Origin: Vulcanimicrobiota bacterium | GTDB taxonomy: Bacteria; Vulcanimicrobiota; Vulcanimicrobiia; Vulcanimicrobiales; Vulcanimicrobiaceae | Direction: 5' to 3' | Length of the DNA: 64,000 bases | Assembly: GCA_963812155.1 (NCBI GenBank) | Contig: CAWETW010000002.1 | Span: 64,001-128,000 of the forward strand | Shown here: positions 56,491 to 64,000 of the stretch, in pieces | How the letters are laid out: the number at the start of each line of letters is the position of its first letter | Position numbering within the stretch: position 1 is the first letter of the stretch | The notes under the pieces: model-generated | Seen by the model: only the letters and a program-made list of their open reading frames with translations | Told to the model about the DNA's origin: nothing | Database searches by the model: none | Translations under genes and position numbers: made by a program

Positions 56491-57444
56491 TTAATGCGCG
56501 CTCGCTCGCCGCAGCCGATCCATGATGGCGACTCCCAATCCGGCCTCGGGGACCGTCTCGGCATCGATGCGATCGAGCCCTAGGCCGTCGAGTTCGTGCA
56601 AGGCCTCGAACAGGCGCGCCGCCGCTTCGCGCAAATCGCCGGTTTCCGAGAGCACACGGTGTTGCGCGTACCCCGCCGCCGGGCGCATGAAGCCCAAGAA
56701 GCCGGCCTCTGCCCGGCCTTCGATGCGGCTCCCCCCGGCCTCGACCAGACGCAGCGGGGTTCGCGGCGCGTAATGGTGCGCGAGTTGTCCCGGCGCGACC
56801 GGCATCTCCGCATCCGATCGACCGAGCGTCACCTCGGGCAGCAGCGCCGCCAGAGCTTCGAGCGGCACCGCGCCGGGGCGCAACACGCGCACCCCCGAGT
56901 CGAACGCAACGATCGTCGACTCGACGCCGTGTTCGCACGCGCCCCCGTCGAGGATGAGGTCGGGATCGTCGCCCAGCTGGCCGGCAACGTGCGCGGCGCG
57001 CGTCGGCGAGAGGCTGCCGAAGCGGTTCGCCGAGGGCGCCGCCAAGGGAACTCCCGCGAGTTCGAGCAGCGAGCGCGCGACCGGATGCGCCGGCATGCGT
57101 ACCGCGACGGTCGATAGTCCGGACGTCACGAGCCCCGGAATCGCTGCCGCTTTCGGAAGCACGAGCGTCAGCGGTCCGGGCCAAAAGCGCGCGATCAGCG
57201 CGCGTGCCGCGTCGGGAATCCCGGCGGCAACTCGCGCGAGCATCGCCTCGTCGAGCACGTGAACGATCAGTGGATCGAACGAGGGGCGCCGCTTGATTTC
57301 GTAGACGCGCGCGACGGCGCGTGCATCGAACGCGTTAGCTGCGAGTCCGTAGACGGTTTCGGTAGGAATCGCTACGACGCCGCCGTCGCGCAGCAATTCC
57401 GCCGCGCGCTCGAGATTCTGCAGCGATGGTGAAACGATCGGCAC
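56491..57444 (-). CDS. sua5: L-threonylcarbamoyladenylate synthase (Sua5/TsaC)
   Basis: PTETVYGL, KRRPSFDPLIVH, WPGPLT, APSAN, GVESTI, APG..HHYAP. Start GTG 57444. Confidence 0.93.
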   Translation of the reverse strand: MPIVSPSLQNLERAAELLRDGGVVAIPTETVYGLAANAFDARAVARVYEIKRRPSFDPLIVHVLDEAMLARVAAGIPDAARALIARFWPGPLTLVLPKAAAIPGLVTSGLSTVAVRMPAHPVARSLLELAGVPLAAPSANRFGSLSPTRAAHVAGQLGDDPDLILDGGACEHGVESTIVAFDSGVRVLRPGAVPLEALAALLPEVTLGRSDAEMPVAPGQLAHHYAPRTPLRLVEAGGSRIEGRAEAGFLGFMRPAAGYAQHRVLSETGDLREAAARLFEALHELDGLGLDRIDAETVPEAGLGVAIMDRLRRASAH

Positions 57445-57463
57445 GGCGTTCCTTCGGCAGCGC

Positions 57464-58339
57464 TTACGGAACGAGCAAGGTTCCCTCGCCGATGAAAACG
57501 GCGGTTCCGCCGATTTCGATCGCCTCGGGCTCGTCACCATTCCATCGAATCCGCACGTGAAGCACCGAGGGCCGCCCCATCGCGACGCCCTGATCGGTGA
57601 CGAAGCGTTCTTTGCGCGCGAGCGCGCCGCACCTCGAAAGATACGCGTACAGCGGTCCCGTGGCGCTTCCCGTCGCCGGATCTTCGACGATGCCCGACAT
57701 CGGCGCGAACATGCGGCTATACGTGCCGCCGTCGGTCTGCGCAAAGCAATAGACGCCGTTGATGTCGCTCCATCCGACCTGTTCGCGCACCGCCGTAACG
57801 TCGAGTTCGGCGCGGTCGACGGCCGCTTTACCCGCAAGTCCCACGTATAGGAAAGGATTGCCCGCGCCCGCCATCTGCGGCACGAGATCGCCTCGTACGT
57901 CGGCAATCCCTAAACCGAGGATGGACGCCGCATCCTCACGAGCGATCTCGCGCCCGAACGTCACCGCCGGCGTCGTCAACCAGGCGGTCGTCGCGGTCCC
58001 GCGCTCGACGCGAATCGGAACGTCGCCGATGCCGAGCCGAAGCGTAAACGAGGCTTGATCGGGGCGGATCCATTCGAGACGATCGGTCAGGGCGATTGCC
58101 GTACCGATGGTGGGATGTCCGGCGAACTGCATCTCGCGCGCCGGCGTAAAGATGCGCAGCTTCGCCGCCGGGCCGTCTTCCGCGCGCGTCACGAACACCG
58201 TTTCCGAAAGATTCAGTTCGCGTGCAATTCGATGCATCGTCTCGTCGTCGAAAACGGCGTCCGGAAAAATCGCCAAGGGATTCCCCGCGAAGGCGCGGTC
58301 GGTGAATACGTCAAACAGCAAGTACGGAGCATTCGCCAT
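57464..58339 (-). CDS. PhzF family isomerase/epimerase
   Basis: DVFTD...[25 protein letters not shown]...GRPS. Confidence 0.92.
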   Translation of the reverse strand: MANAPYLLFDVFTDRAFAGNPLAIFPDAVFDDETMHRIARELNLSETVFVTRAEDGPAAKLRIFTPAREMQFAGHPTIGTAIALTDRLEWIRPDQASFTLRLGIGDVPIRVERGTATTAWLTTPAVTFGREIAREDAASILGLGIADVRGDLVPQMAGAGNPFLYVGLAGKAAVDRAELDVTAVREQVGWSDINGVYCFAQTDGGTYSRMFAPMSGIVEDPATGSATGPLYAYLSRCGALARKERFVTDQGVAMGRPSVLHVRIRWNGDEPEAIEIGGTAVFIGEGTLLVP

Positions 58340-58398
58340 GTCTCGTTACTAAATGGCGGAGCGCGGTCCGGCGCTCCTGCCGGAGGAATCGCGTCTCA

Positions 58399-59742
58399 AT
58401 GCAGGTTCGTCGCCTCACGTTCGTTGCCGCGCTGGCCGCCGCAGGCTGCTCCGGCGGCGGCGGCTCCGGAGCAAGCGCCCCCGCCGCGCCGCCGGTCGCC
58501 GTCCCGACGCCGACGCCGACGCCGACGCAGCATCGGAAGATCGAGCACGTCATCATCGTCATTCAAGAAAACCGCAGCTTCGACAATTTCTTTTCGACGT
58601 ATCCGGGCGCCGACGGCACTGCCTACGGCAAAACGCACACCGGCGGCTCCGTCGCTATGGTGAAGAGTCCCCTCGTCACGCGCGACGTCGGTCACTCCTA
58701 CGCAACCTTTTCCAACGAGTACGATCGCGGAAAGATGGACGGATTCGACAGCGTTCACTTTTCGTCGGGCGGTACCACCGGCAACTACATTTTCCGGTAC
58801 GTGGACCCGCGCGACATCGCACCGTACTGGACCATGGCTCGCCGCTACGTCCTCGCCGATCACATGTTTCAAACGCAGGGCAGCGGCAGTTTCACCGGTC
58901 ACCAGGATCTCATCGCCGGCAGCACCGCGATTAACGATGACGAAAGCCTGGTCGACTTTCCGTCGGCCATCCCGTGGGGCTGCGACGCGCCCGATGGAAC
59001 CACCACGTCGCTCTTGACGCGAAACCGCGGATACGTGCACCGCGGCGGACCGTTCCCGTGCCTGAGCTATCCCACGCTGCGAGACCTCCTCGATGGCGCA
59101 AAGTTATCGTGGAAATATTACGTTCCACCGTTTCGTCCCGGAACGTACGGACAGATCTGGAACGCGTTCGACGCGATTCACGCCGTCCGTTATAGCGCGG
59201 AGTGGCATAACAACATCTCGTCACCGAATACGAACTTCTTCCGGGATATTAAAGCGAATAGATTACCGGCGGTATCGTGGGTGGTTCCGATTGCGTCGAA
59301 CTCCGACCATCCGGGCGGCGGCGGCACGACCGGGCCGTCGTGGGTTGCGTCGATCGTCAATGCTGTGGGATCCAGCCGGTATTGGGAAAGCAGCGCGATC
59401 GTCGTCGTATGGGACGACTGGGGCGGACTTTACGATCACGAGCGGCCGCCGCAGATCGACTACCAGGGATTAGGTTTTCGGGTGCCCTGTCTCATCGTGT
59501 CGCCGTACGCACGCAGCGGATACGTGACGCACACGCAGTACGAGTTCGCGAGCATTTTGAAATTCATCGAAGACAATTGGGCGCTCGGACGCATCAATGG
59601 AAACGACCAGCGCGCCGCCAGCATCGGCGACGCGTTCGACTTCACGCAGACGCCGCGCCGCTTTTCTCCGATTCCCGCAGCCTTCGGCGAATCGTTCTTC
59701 ATGCGACAGCCGCCGTCCGACGAGCCGGTAGACACCGAATAA
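58399..59742 (+). CDS. Phosphoesterase (phospholipase C/AcpA-like) lipoprotein, paralog 1
   Basis: Lipobox AAGC; IEHVIIVIQENRSFDN, SDHP, WDDWGGLYDH, GFRVP. Confidence 0.88.
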   Translation: MQVRRLTFVAALAAAGCSGGGGSGASAPAAPPVAVPTPTPTPTQHRKIEHVIIVIQENRSFDNFFSTYPGADGTAYGKTHTGGSVAMVKSPLVTRDVGHSYATFSNEYDRGKMDGFDSVHFSSGGTTGNYIFRYVDPRDIAPYWTMARRYVLADHMFQTQGSGSFTGHQDLIAGSTAINDDESLVDFPSAIPWGCDAPDGTTTSLLTRNRGYVHRGGPFPCLSYPTLRDLLDGAKLSWKYYVPPFRPGTYGQIWNAFDAIHAVRYSAEWHNNISSPNTNFFRDIKANRLPAVSWVVPIASNSDHPGGGGTTGPSWVASIVNAVGSSRYWESSAIVVVWDDWGGLYDHERPPQIDYQGLGFRVPCLIVSPYARSGYVTHTQYEFASILKFIEDNWALGRINGNDQRAASIGDAFDFTQTPRRFSPIPAAFGESFFMRQPPSDEPVDTE

Positions 59743-59814
59743 GCGCGAAGCGACCACGGTCAACAATCGCGTCTGCAAGAGGGAATCGAGCGAAACGCGC
59801 GATAGGGCGTACGC

Positions 59815-61161
59815 ATGACACGTGTCTCGCGCGCAGTATGCTTCGTCGTCGCCGCTGCGATGAGCGGGTGCGGAGCTGGAAGCGGCCCAAGCGGCTCGAT
59901 GCCGGGCCTGCCGCAGATGTCGACTGCATTCCCGAATTCGCCGCCGCCGGGAAACCAAAAGATCAAGCACGTCGTCATCGTGATTCAGGAGAATCGCAGC
60001 TTCGACAATTTGTTCGCCACGTTTCCGGGCGCAGACGGCACGACGGTGGGCCTCCTGCACACCGGAAAGCACTTTAAACTCATTAAAGGAACGTTGCGGG
60101 GCAAAGAGCTGAATCACATGCGTTCCGGCTATCGCACCGAATACGACGGCGGCAAAATGGACGGCTTCGACCTCATCGGTTTCGGATCGAGCGGAAACGA
60201 CGGGCCCGCGGGCCGCTATCCCCTGCGCTACGTCAATCCGGCCGATATTGCGCCCTATTGGACGATGGCTAAAGATTACTCGCTCGCCGACCACATGTTT
60301 CAGACGCAAGGCAGCGGCAGTTTCACCGCCCATCAAGAACTGATCGCGGGCGGCACGGCATTCGCGCCGACCAAGAGCCTAATCGACTTTCCTTCGGGGG
60401 GACCGTGGGGATGCGATGCTCCGTCGAAAACGGTCACGACCTACATCACGACGTCCGGCGAATTCTTTTTCAATAAAGGGCCCTTCCCGTGTTTGAGCTA
60501 CAAGACGATGGCCGACGTGCTCGATCCGAAGGGCCTGTCGTGGAAGTATTACGTGCCGCCGTTGCTCGTGCCGGGGAGCAGCGGTTTTCTTTGGAACGCG
60601 TTCGACGCGATCAAAAAAGTTCGCTACGGAGCCGACTGGGCGAACGTCATTTCACCGGAGACCGACGTTTTCGACGATGTGAAACATAATCGGCTTCCCG
60701 CCGTTTCATGGGTCGTTCCGTGCGGACAAAACTCCGACCACGCGGCCGGCACGGACACGGGGCCGTCGTGGGTTGCCGCCATCGTTAATACGATCGGCCA
60801 CAGCCCGGCGTGGTCGAGCACGGCGATTATCGTGGTATGGGACGATTGGGGCGGCTACTACGACCACGTTCCGCCGGCGTTCATCGACGATCAGGGCGGT
60901 CTCGGTTTTCGCGTACCGATGATCGTCATTTCGCCCTACTCGAAAAGCGTCGGGTACATCTCGCACACGCAGTATGAGTTCGGGAGCATCCTGCGCTTCG
61001 TCGAAGACAACTGGGGTCTCCAGCGGCTCGGCTCGACCGACGTGCGAGCGACGAGCATCGGAGATATGTTCGATTTCACGAAACCGGCGCGTGCGTTTAC
61101 GACGATACCGGCGCGCGGCTATCATACGTGTCCGCAAGGCGATCCGCCCGACGATGCGTAG
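59815..61161 (+). CDS. Phosphoesterase (phospholipase C/AcpA-like) lipoprotein, paralog 2
   Basis: Lipobox MSGC; IKHVVIVIQENRSFDN, SDHA, WDDWGGYYDH, GFRVP. Confidence 0.88.
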   Translation: MTRVSRAVCFVVAAAMSGCGAGSGPSGSMPGLPQMSTAFPNSPPPGNQKIKHVVIVIQENRSFDNLFATFPGADGTTVGLLHTGKHFKLIKGTLRGKELNHMRSGYRTEYDGGKMDGFDLIGFGSSGNDGPAGRYPLRYVNPADIAPYWTMAKDYSLADHMFQTQGSGSFTAHQELIAGGTAFAPTKSLIDFPSGGPWGCDAPSKTVTTYITTSGEFFFNKGPFPCLSYKTMADVLDPKGLSWKYYVPPLLVPGSSGFLWNAFDAIKKVRYGADWANVISPETDVFDDVKHNRLPAVSWVVPCGQNSDHAAGTDTGPSWVAAIVNTIGHSPAWSSTAIIVVWDDWGGYYDHVPPAFIDDQGGLGFRVPMIVISPYSKSVGYISHTQYEFGSILRFVEDNWGLQRLGSTDVRATSIGDMFDFTKPARAFTTIPARGYHTCPQGDPPDDA

Positions 61162-61313
61162 CGTCGTGCACGAACGCACGGCAGGCTACCGTGCGGTGAA
61201 GATAACCGCAATCACCGCATGGCGGTGACTACGGTTACGTATGGTGCGGTTCGCGCTGGCGAAATACGACTCGAGCAGGCTTGCCGGGCACGGAAAGCAA
61301 AGATAGCGGCGTC

Positions 61314-62585
61314 ATGACCCCCGCGAGCACGCTTCTCGGCTCGGCTCAGCCCCGCACTCTCACACGCGATGCCGGCACCATTCCACAGATCGCCGAAACG
61401 CGTTCGGTACCGGTCGTTCTCGCCGATTTTCAGCGCGTCGTCTTGTCGCCGCTCTTGCCGCAAGACGAACTCAAACGCATTCAAGTGCACTTCATGACGA
61501 TCGCGCAAAGCGCCAAACGCGGCGTGACCGGCAAAAGCGAGCGCGAAGAACTGCATCGTACGATCTCGGAGCGCATGGCACGCTACGGTGCCTCCTCGAC
61601 GCACATCTCGCAACGCCAAGTCGGCGTACTGCATTCGGAGTTCGTCGTGCACGCCGGTGACGCCGGGCCGGGATCGTACGGGGATTTGCGCGTCGCGACC
61701 GGGGAGCCGCTCGACGCGCGCATGACGCTGTTCGAACAGACGGCCTGCAACGTGCTCGAGCGCGTATACGATGATTCGGCGACGCCGCCGGACGGCATCG
61801 TTCACGTGACGTGCTCGGGATACGTCTCGCCGAGCCCCGTGCAGATGTACTTGTCGCGACGCGGCTGGTTGACCACCTCGGTGACGCATTCGTATCACAT
61901 GGGATGCTACGGCGCGTTCCCGGCGGTGCGCACGGCGCTCGGACTGGTCGGTTCGTCGTATTCGTCGCTGCCGACGCCGAGCAAACGCGTGGATCTCGTG
62001 CATACCGAGTTTCTGTCGCTGCACTTCGATCTGCTCGGTGAGCAACCGGATGCATTCGTGACGTCGACGCTTTTTGCCGACGGCTTCATCAAGTATTCGG
62101 CTTATCCCCAAGCCGAGTTCGCCAAGCGCGACGGACGAGGTTTGCGCGTGTTGGCGTTCGAGGAGCGGATTCTGCCGGATTCGTTGCCGGAAATGACGTT
62201 GCGGCCCGGTCCGCTGCAGTTCGACATGTCGCTCTCGAAGCGCGTACCGTTTTTGATCCGCGACTCGATCGCCGACTTCGTCGTTTCGGTGTCGGCACAG
62301 GCCGGTCTCGATTTCGAGCGCGAGAAGTCGCGCATGATCTTCGCAATTCATCCCGGCGGCCCGGCGATTCTCACGCAAATCCGCAACCGGCTCGGGATCG
62401 ACGAATCGCAAATCGCGCTCAGCCGGCAAATTTTGTTCGAAAACGGCAATATGGCGTCGGCGACCGCGCCGCACATCTGGGAGCAGATCACCGCATCCGA
62501 CGACATCCCGGTCGGATGCAAGATTCTCACGATGGCATTCGGCCCGGGGTTGACCGTCATCGGCGCCGTCTTCGAAAAGGTGTAA
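61314..62585 (+). CDS. Type III polyketide synthase (chalcone synthase-like)
   Basis: HVTCSGY, HMGCYGAFPA (Cys), LFADG, IHPGG (His), GNMAS (Asn), AFGPGLT. Confidence 0.9.
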   Translation: MTPASTLLGSAQPRTLTRDAGTIPQIAETRSVPVVLADFQRVVLSPLLPQDELKRIQVHFMTIAQSAKRGVTGKSEREELHRTISERMARYGASSTHISQRQVGVLHSEFVVHAGDAGPGSYGDLRVATGEPLDARMTLFEQTACNVLERVYDDSATPPDGIVHVTCSGYVSPSPVQMYLSRRGWLTTSVTHSYHMGCYGAFPAVRTALGLVGSSYSSLPTPSKRVDLVHTEFLSLHFDLLGEQPDAFVTSTLFADGFIKYSAYPQAEFAKRDGRGLRVLAFEERILPDSLPEMTLRPGPLQFDMSLSKRVPFLIRDSIADFVVSVSAQAGLDFEREKSRMIFAIHPGGPAILTQIRNRLGIDESQIALSRQILFENGNMASATAPHIWEQITASDDIPVGCKILTMAFGPGLTVIGAVFEKV

Positions 62586-62658
62586 GAAAGCCGCGATCCC
62601 CGCTCGGCGTCCGCTGCCCGGCATGGATTTCGGCGGTCCGCACAAAACCTGACGACCC

Positions 62659-63840
62659 ATGACTGCTCCCGCGCCTACCACGGAAAAACAGCGCTTCAGC
62701 GTACCTGCAGGCTTTTATTGGGCGGTGCGCGGCGTTCACGCCGGCGCTCCGCTTTTTGTCGGACTCGGCAATCTCGAATCGCGCATGCTGGCCGGCCGGC
62801 TGGCGAACGTGCGCGTCGATCGTCCGGTCTACATCTGCGGCCTGCCGCGCGCCGGAACGACGATCTCGCTGCAGATGCTCAGCGAGCATCCCGACGTCAC
62901 GACGCACAAGTACGCCGACTTTTTGATGCCCTACGCGCCGTACGCTTGGAACTGGATCTTCCCGCGGGTTCCGGTCGACGCGATGCGCAAGCCGGTTCCG
63001 CGCATCCATCGCGACCGCATTCAAGTGACGCGCGACAGCGCCGAGATGGGCGAGGAAATCCTCTGGGAGCACTTCTTCCCCCACATTCACGACGAGTCGC
63101 AGCGCAGCGTGCTCGACCGCGACACGTCGAACCCGGCGTTCGAACGGTTCTACTCCGAGCATTTGCGCAAGCTGCTGTTGTCGCGCGGACGGTCTCGCTA
63201 CTTCAGCAAAGCGATCATGTGCGTCATTCGCATGCAGTATCTCTTGAAAATGTTTCCGGACGCGCGCTTTCTCTTGTACGTCCGGAATCCGGTGGATCAC
63301 GTTGCGTCGCTGCTCAAGCAGGACCGCATCTGGGACGAAATCGATCGTGAGGATCCGCGCCAGATCGAGATCATCGAGCTCACCGGCCACCACGAGTTCG
63401 GTCAACGGCAGATTCTGCCGAACGTCGGCGACAACGCGGTCATCAAGGAGATTCACGACCTGCGCGATCAAGGCCGCACGGTGCGCGCCCGCGCGCGCTT
63501 TTGGGCGTACATGTACGACTTCGTCCTTAAACAGATCGCATCCGATCCGGATTTGGCGAAGGCTGTGTGCCTCGTGCGCTATGAAGATCTCTGCGGCGAC
63601 TCGGCCGAAACGATCGACCGCATCATCGCGCACACCGGACTCGCGCCCGAGCCGTTCGCGGCAACCCGCGCTGCGTACACCGAGAAGCTGTCGCTACCCG
63701 ACTATTACAAGCCGAAGTTCGACGCACAAGAGCTTGCCGACATCGTCGACGTGACCGACCCGGTTGCGCGCCGCTTCAACTACGACGTCGCCGCAATTGC
63801 CGACCGCGCAAAGCCTGCACCGGAGACCAGCCCGGCCTAG
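62659..63840 (+). CDS. PAPS-dependent sulfotransferase
   Basis: 5'-PSB loop RPVYICGLPRAGTT, 3'-PB YVRNPVDHVAS, VRYEDL. Confidence 0.88.
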   Translation: MTAPAPTTEKQRFSVPAGFYWAVRGVHAGAPLFVGLGNLESRMLAGRLANVRVDRPVYICGLPRAGTTISLQMLSEHPDVTTHKYADFLMPYAPYAWNWIFPRVPVDAMRKPVPRIHRDRIQVTRDSAEMGEEILWEHFFPHIHDESQRSVLDRDTSNPAFERFYSEHLRKLLLSRGRSRYFSKAIMCVIRMQYLLKMFPDARFLLYVRNPVDHVASLLKQDRIWDEIDREDPRQIEIIELTGHHEFGQRQILPNVGDNAVIKEIHDLRDQGRTVRARARFWAYMYDFVLKQIASDPDLAKAVCLVRYEDLCGDSAETIDRIIAHTGLAPEPFAATRAAYTEKLSLPDYYKPKFDAQELADIVDVTDPVARRFNYDVAAIADRAKPAPETSPA

Positions 63841-63920
63841 CAGACCACGCGGCGCCGCGGTTGTGTTGCCGGGGAGGCGGCTTCGCGGCGTCGAAGCCAT
63901 CGCGCAACGGAGGTATTCTC

Positions 63921-64000
63921 ATGACACGCACGTTGTTGCATGCTTTTCGGTTTCTTTTTTCGGCTTCGATTGCGATCACACTGACCGCTTGCGCCACGAA
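63921..64000 (+). CDS. Lipoprotein, N-terminus only (runs off the window)
   Basis: SD GGAGGT; MTRTLLHAFRFLFSASIAITLTACAT with lipobox LTAC. Confidence 0.65.
   Translation, partial: MTRTLLHAFRFLFSASIAITLTACAT

Noticed and set aside
57464..58339. Phenazine biosynthesis cluster
   Set aside because: Only a lone PhzF-family gene in an operon with sua5 and ctpA; no other phz genes.
58504..58527. CCGACG x4 tandem repeat
   Set aside because: It encodes an in-frame Pro-Thr linker of a lipoprotein; it is not a CRISPR or contingency repeat.

Overview
A high-GC bacterial chromosomal segment. Gene order is Firmicutes-like (mfd-prsA-mazG/yabN...yabO; whiA-gap-pgk-tpiA-gpmI; lgt-yggS-sepF-divIVA; lspA-rluA; DUF5693-csaB), but there is also an LptD-like outer-membrane protein. 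This suggests a diderm Terrabacteria lineage such as Eremiobacterota/WPS-2 (inference only). The first ~20 kb is a cell-envelope glycan locus: a priming phosphoglycosyl transferase, a MurJ-family flippase, GT2/GT4 enzymes including a GT2-GT4 fusion, four GT-C-type membrane glycosyltransferases, an O-antigen-ligase-like protein, an LptD-like barrel and a CBM20-like protein. The middle is mostly housekeeping, plus an orphan lysine-fermentation gene (kal) and a flgF-flgG-flgJ-fliA flagellar mini-cluster. The right end has an IleRS with non-canonical signature motifs and a candidate structured RNA leader. It also has a tRNA-Val flanked by a small AT-richer islet encoding a 40-aa metallothionein missing from the ORF track, two paralogous phosphoesterase lipoproteins, and a type III PKS + sulfotransferase pair. 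Single-base frameshifts in mfd (3) and gpmI (1) look like assembly errors. No CRISPR array, transposase, integrase or rRNA was seen. All family assignments come from motif recognition by eye, not from database searches.
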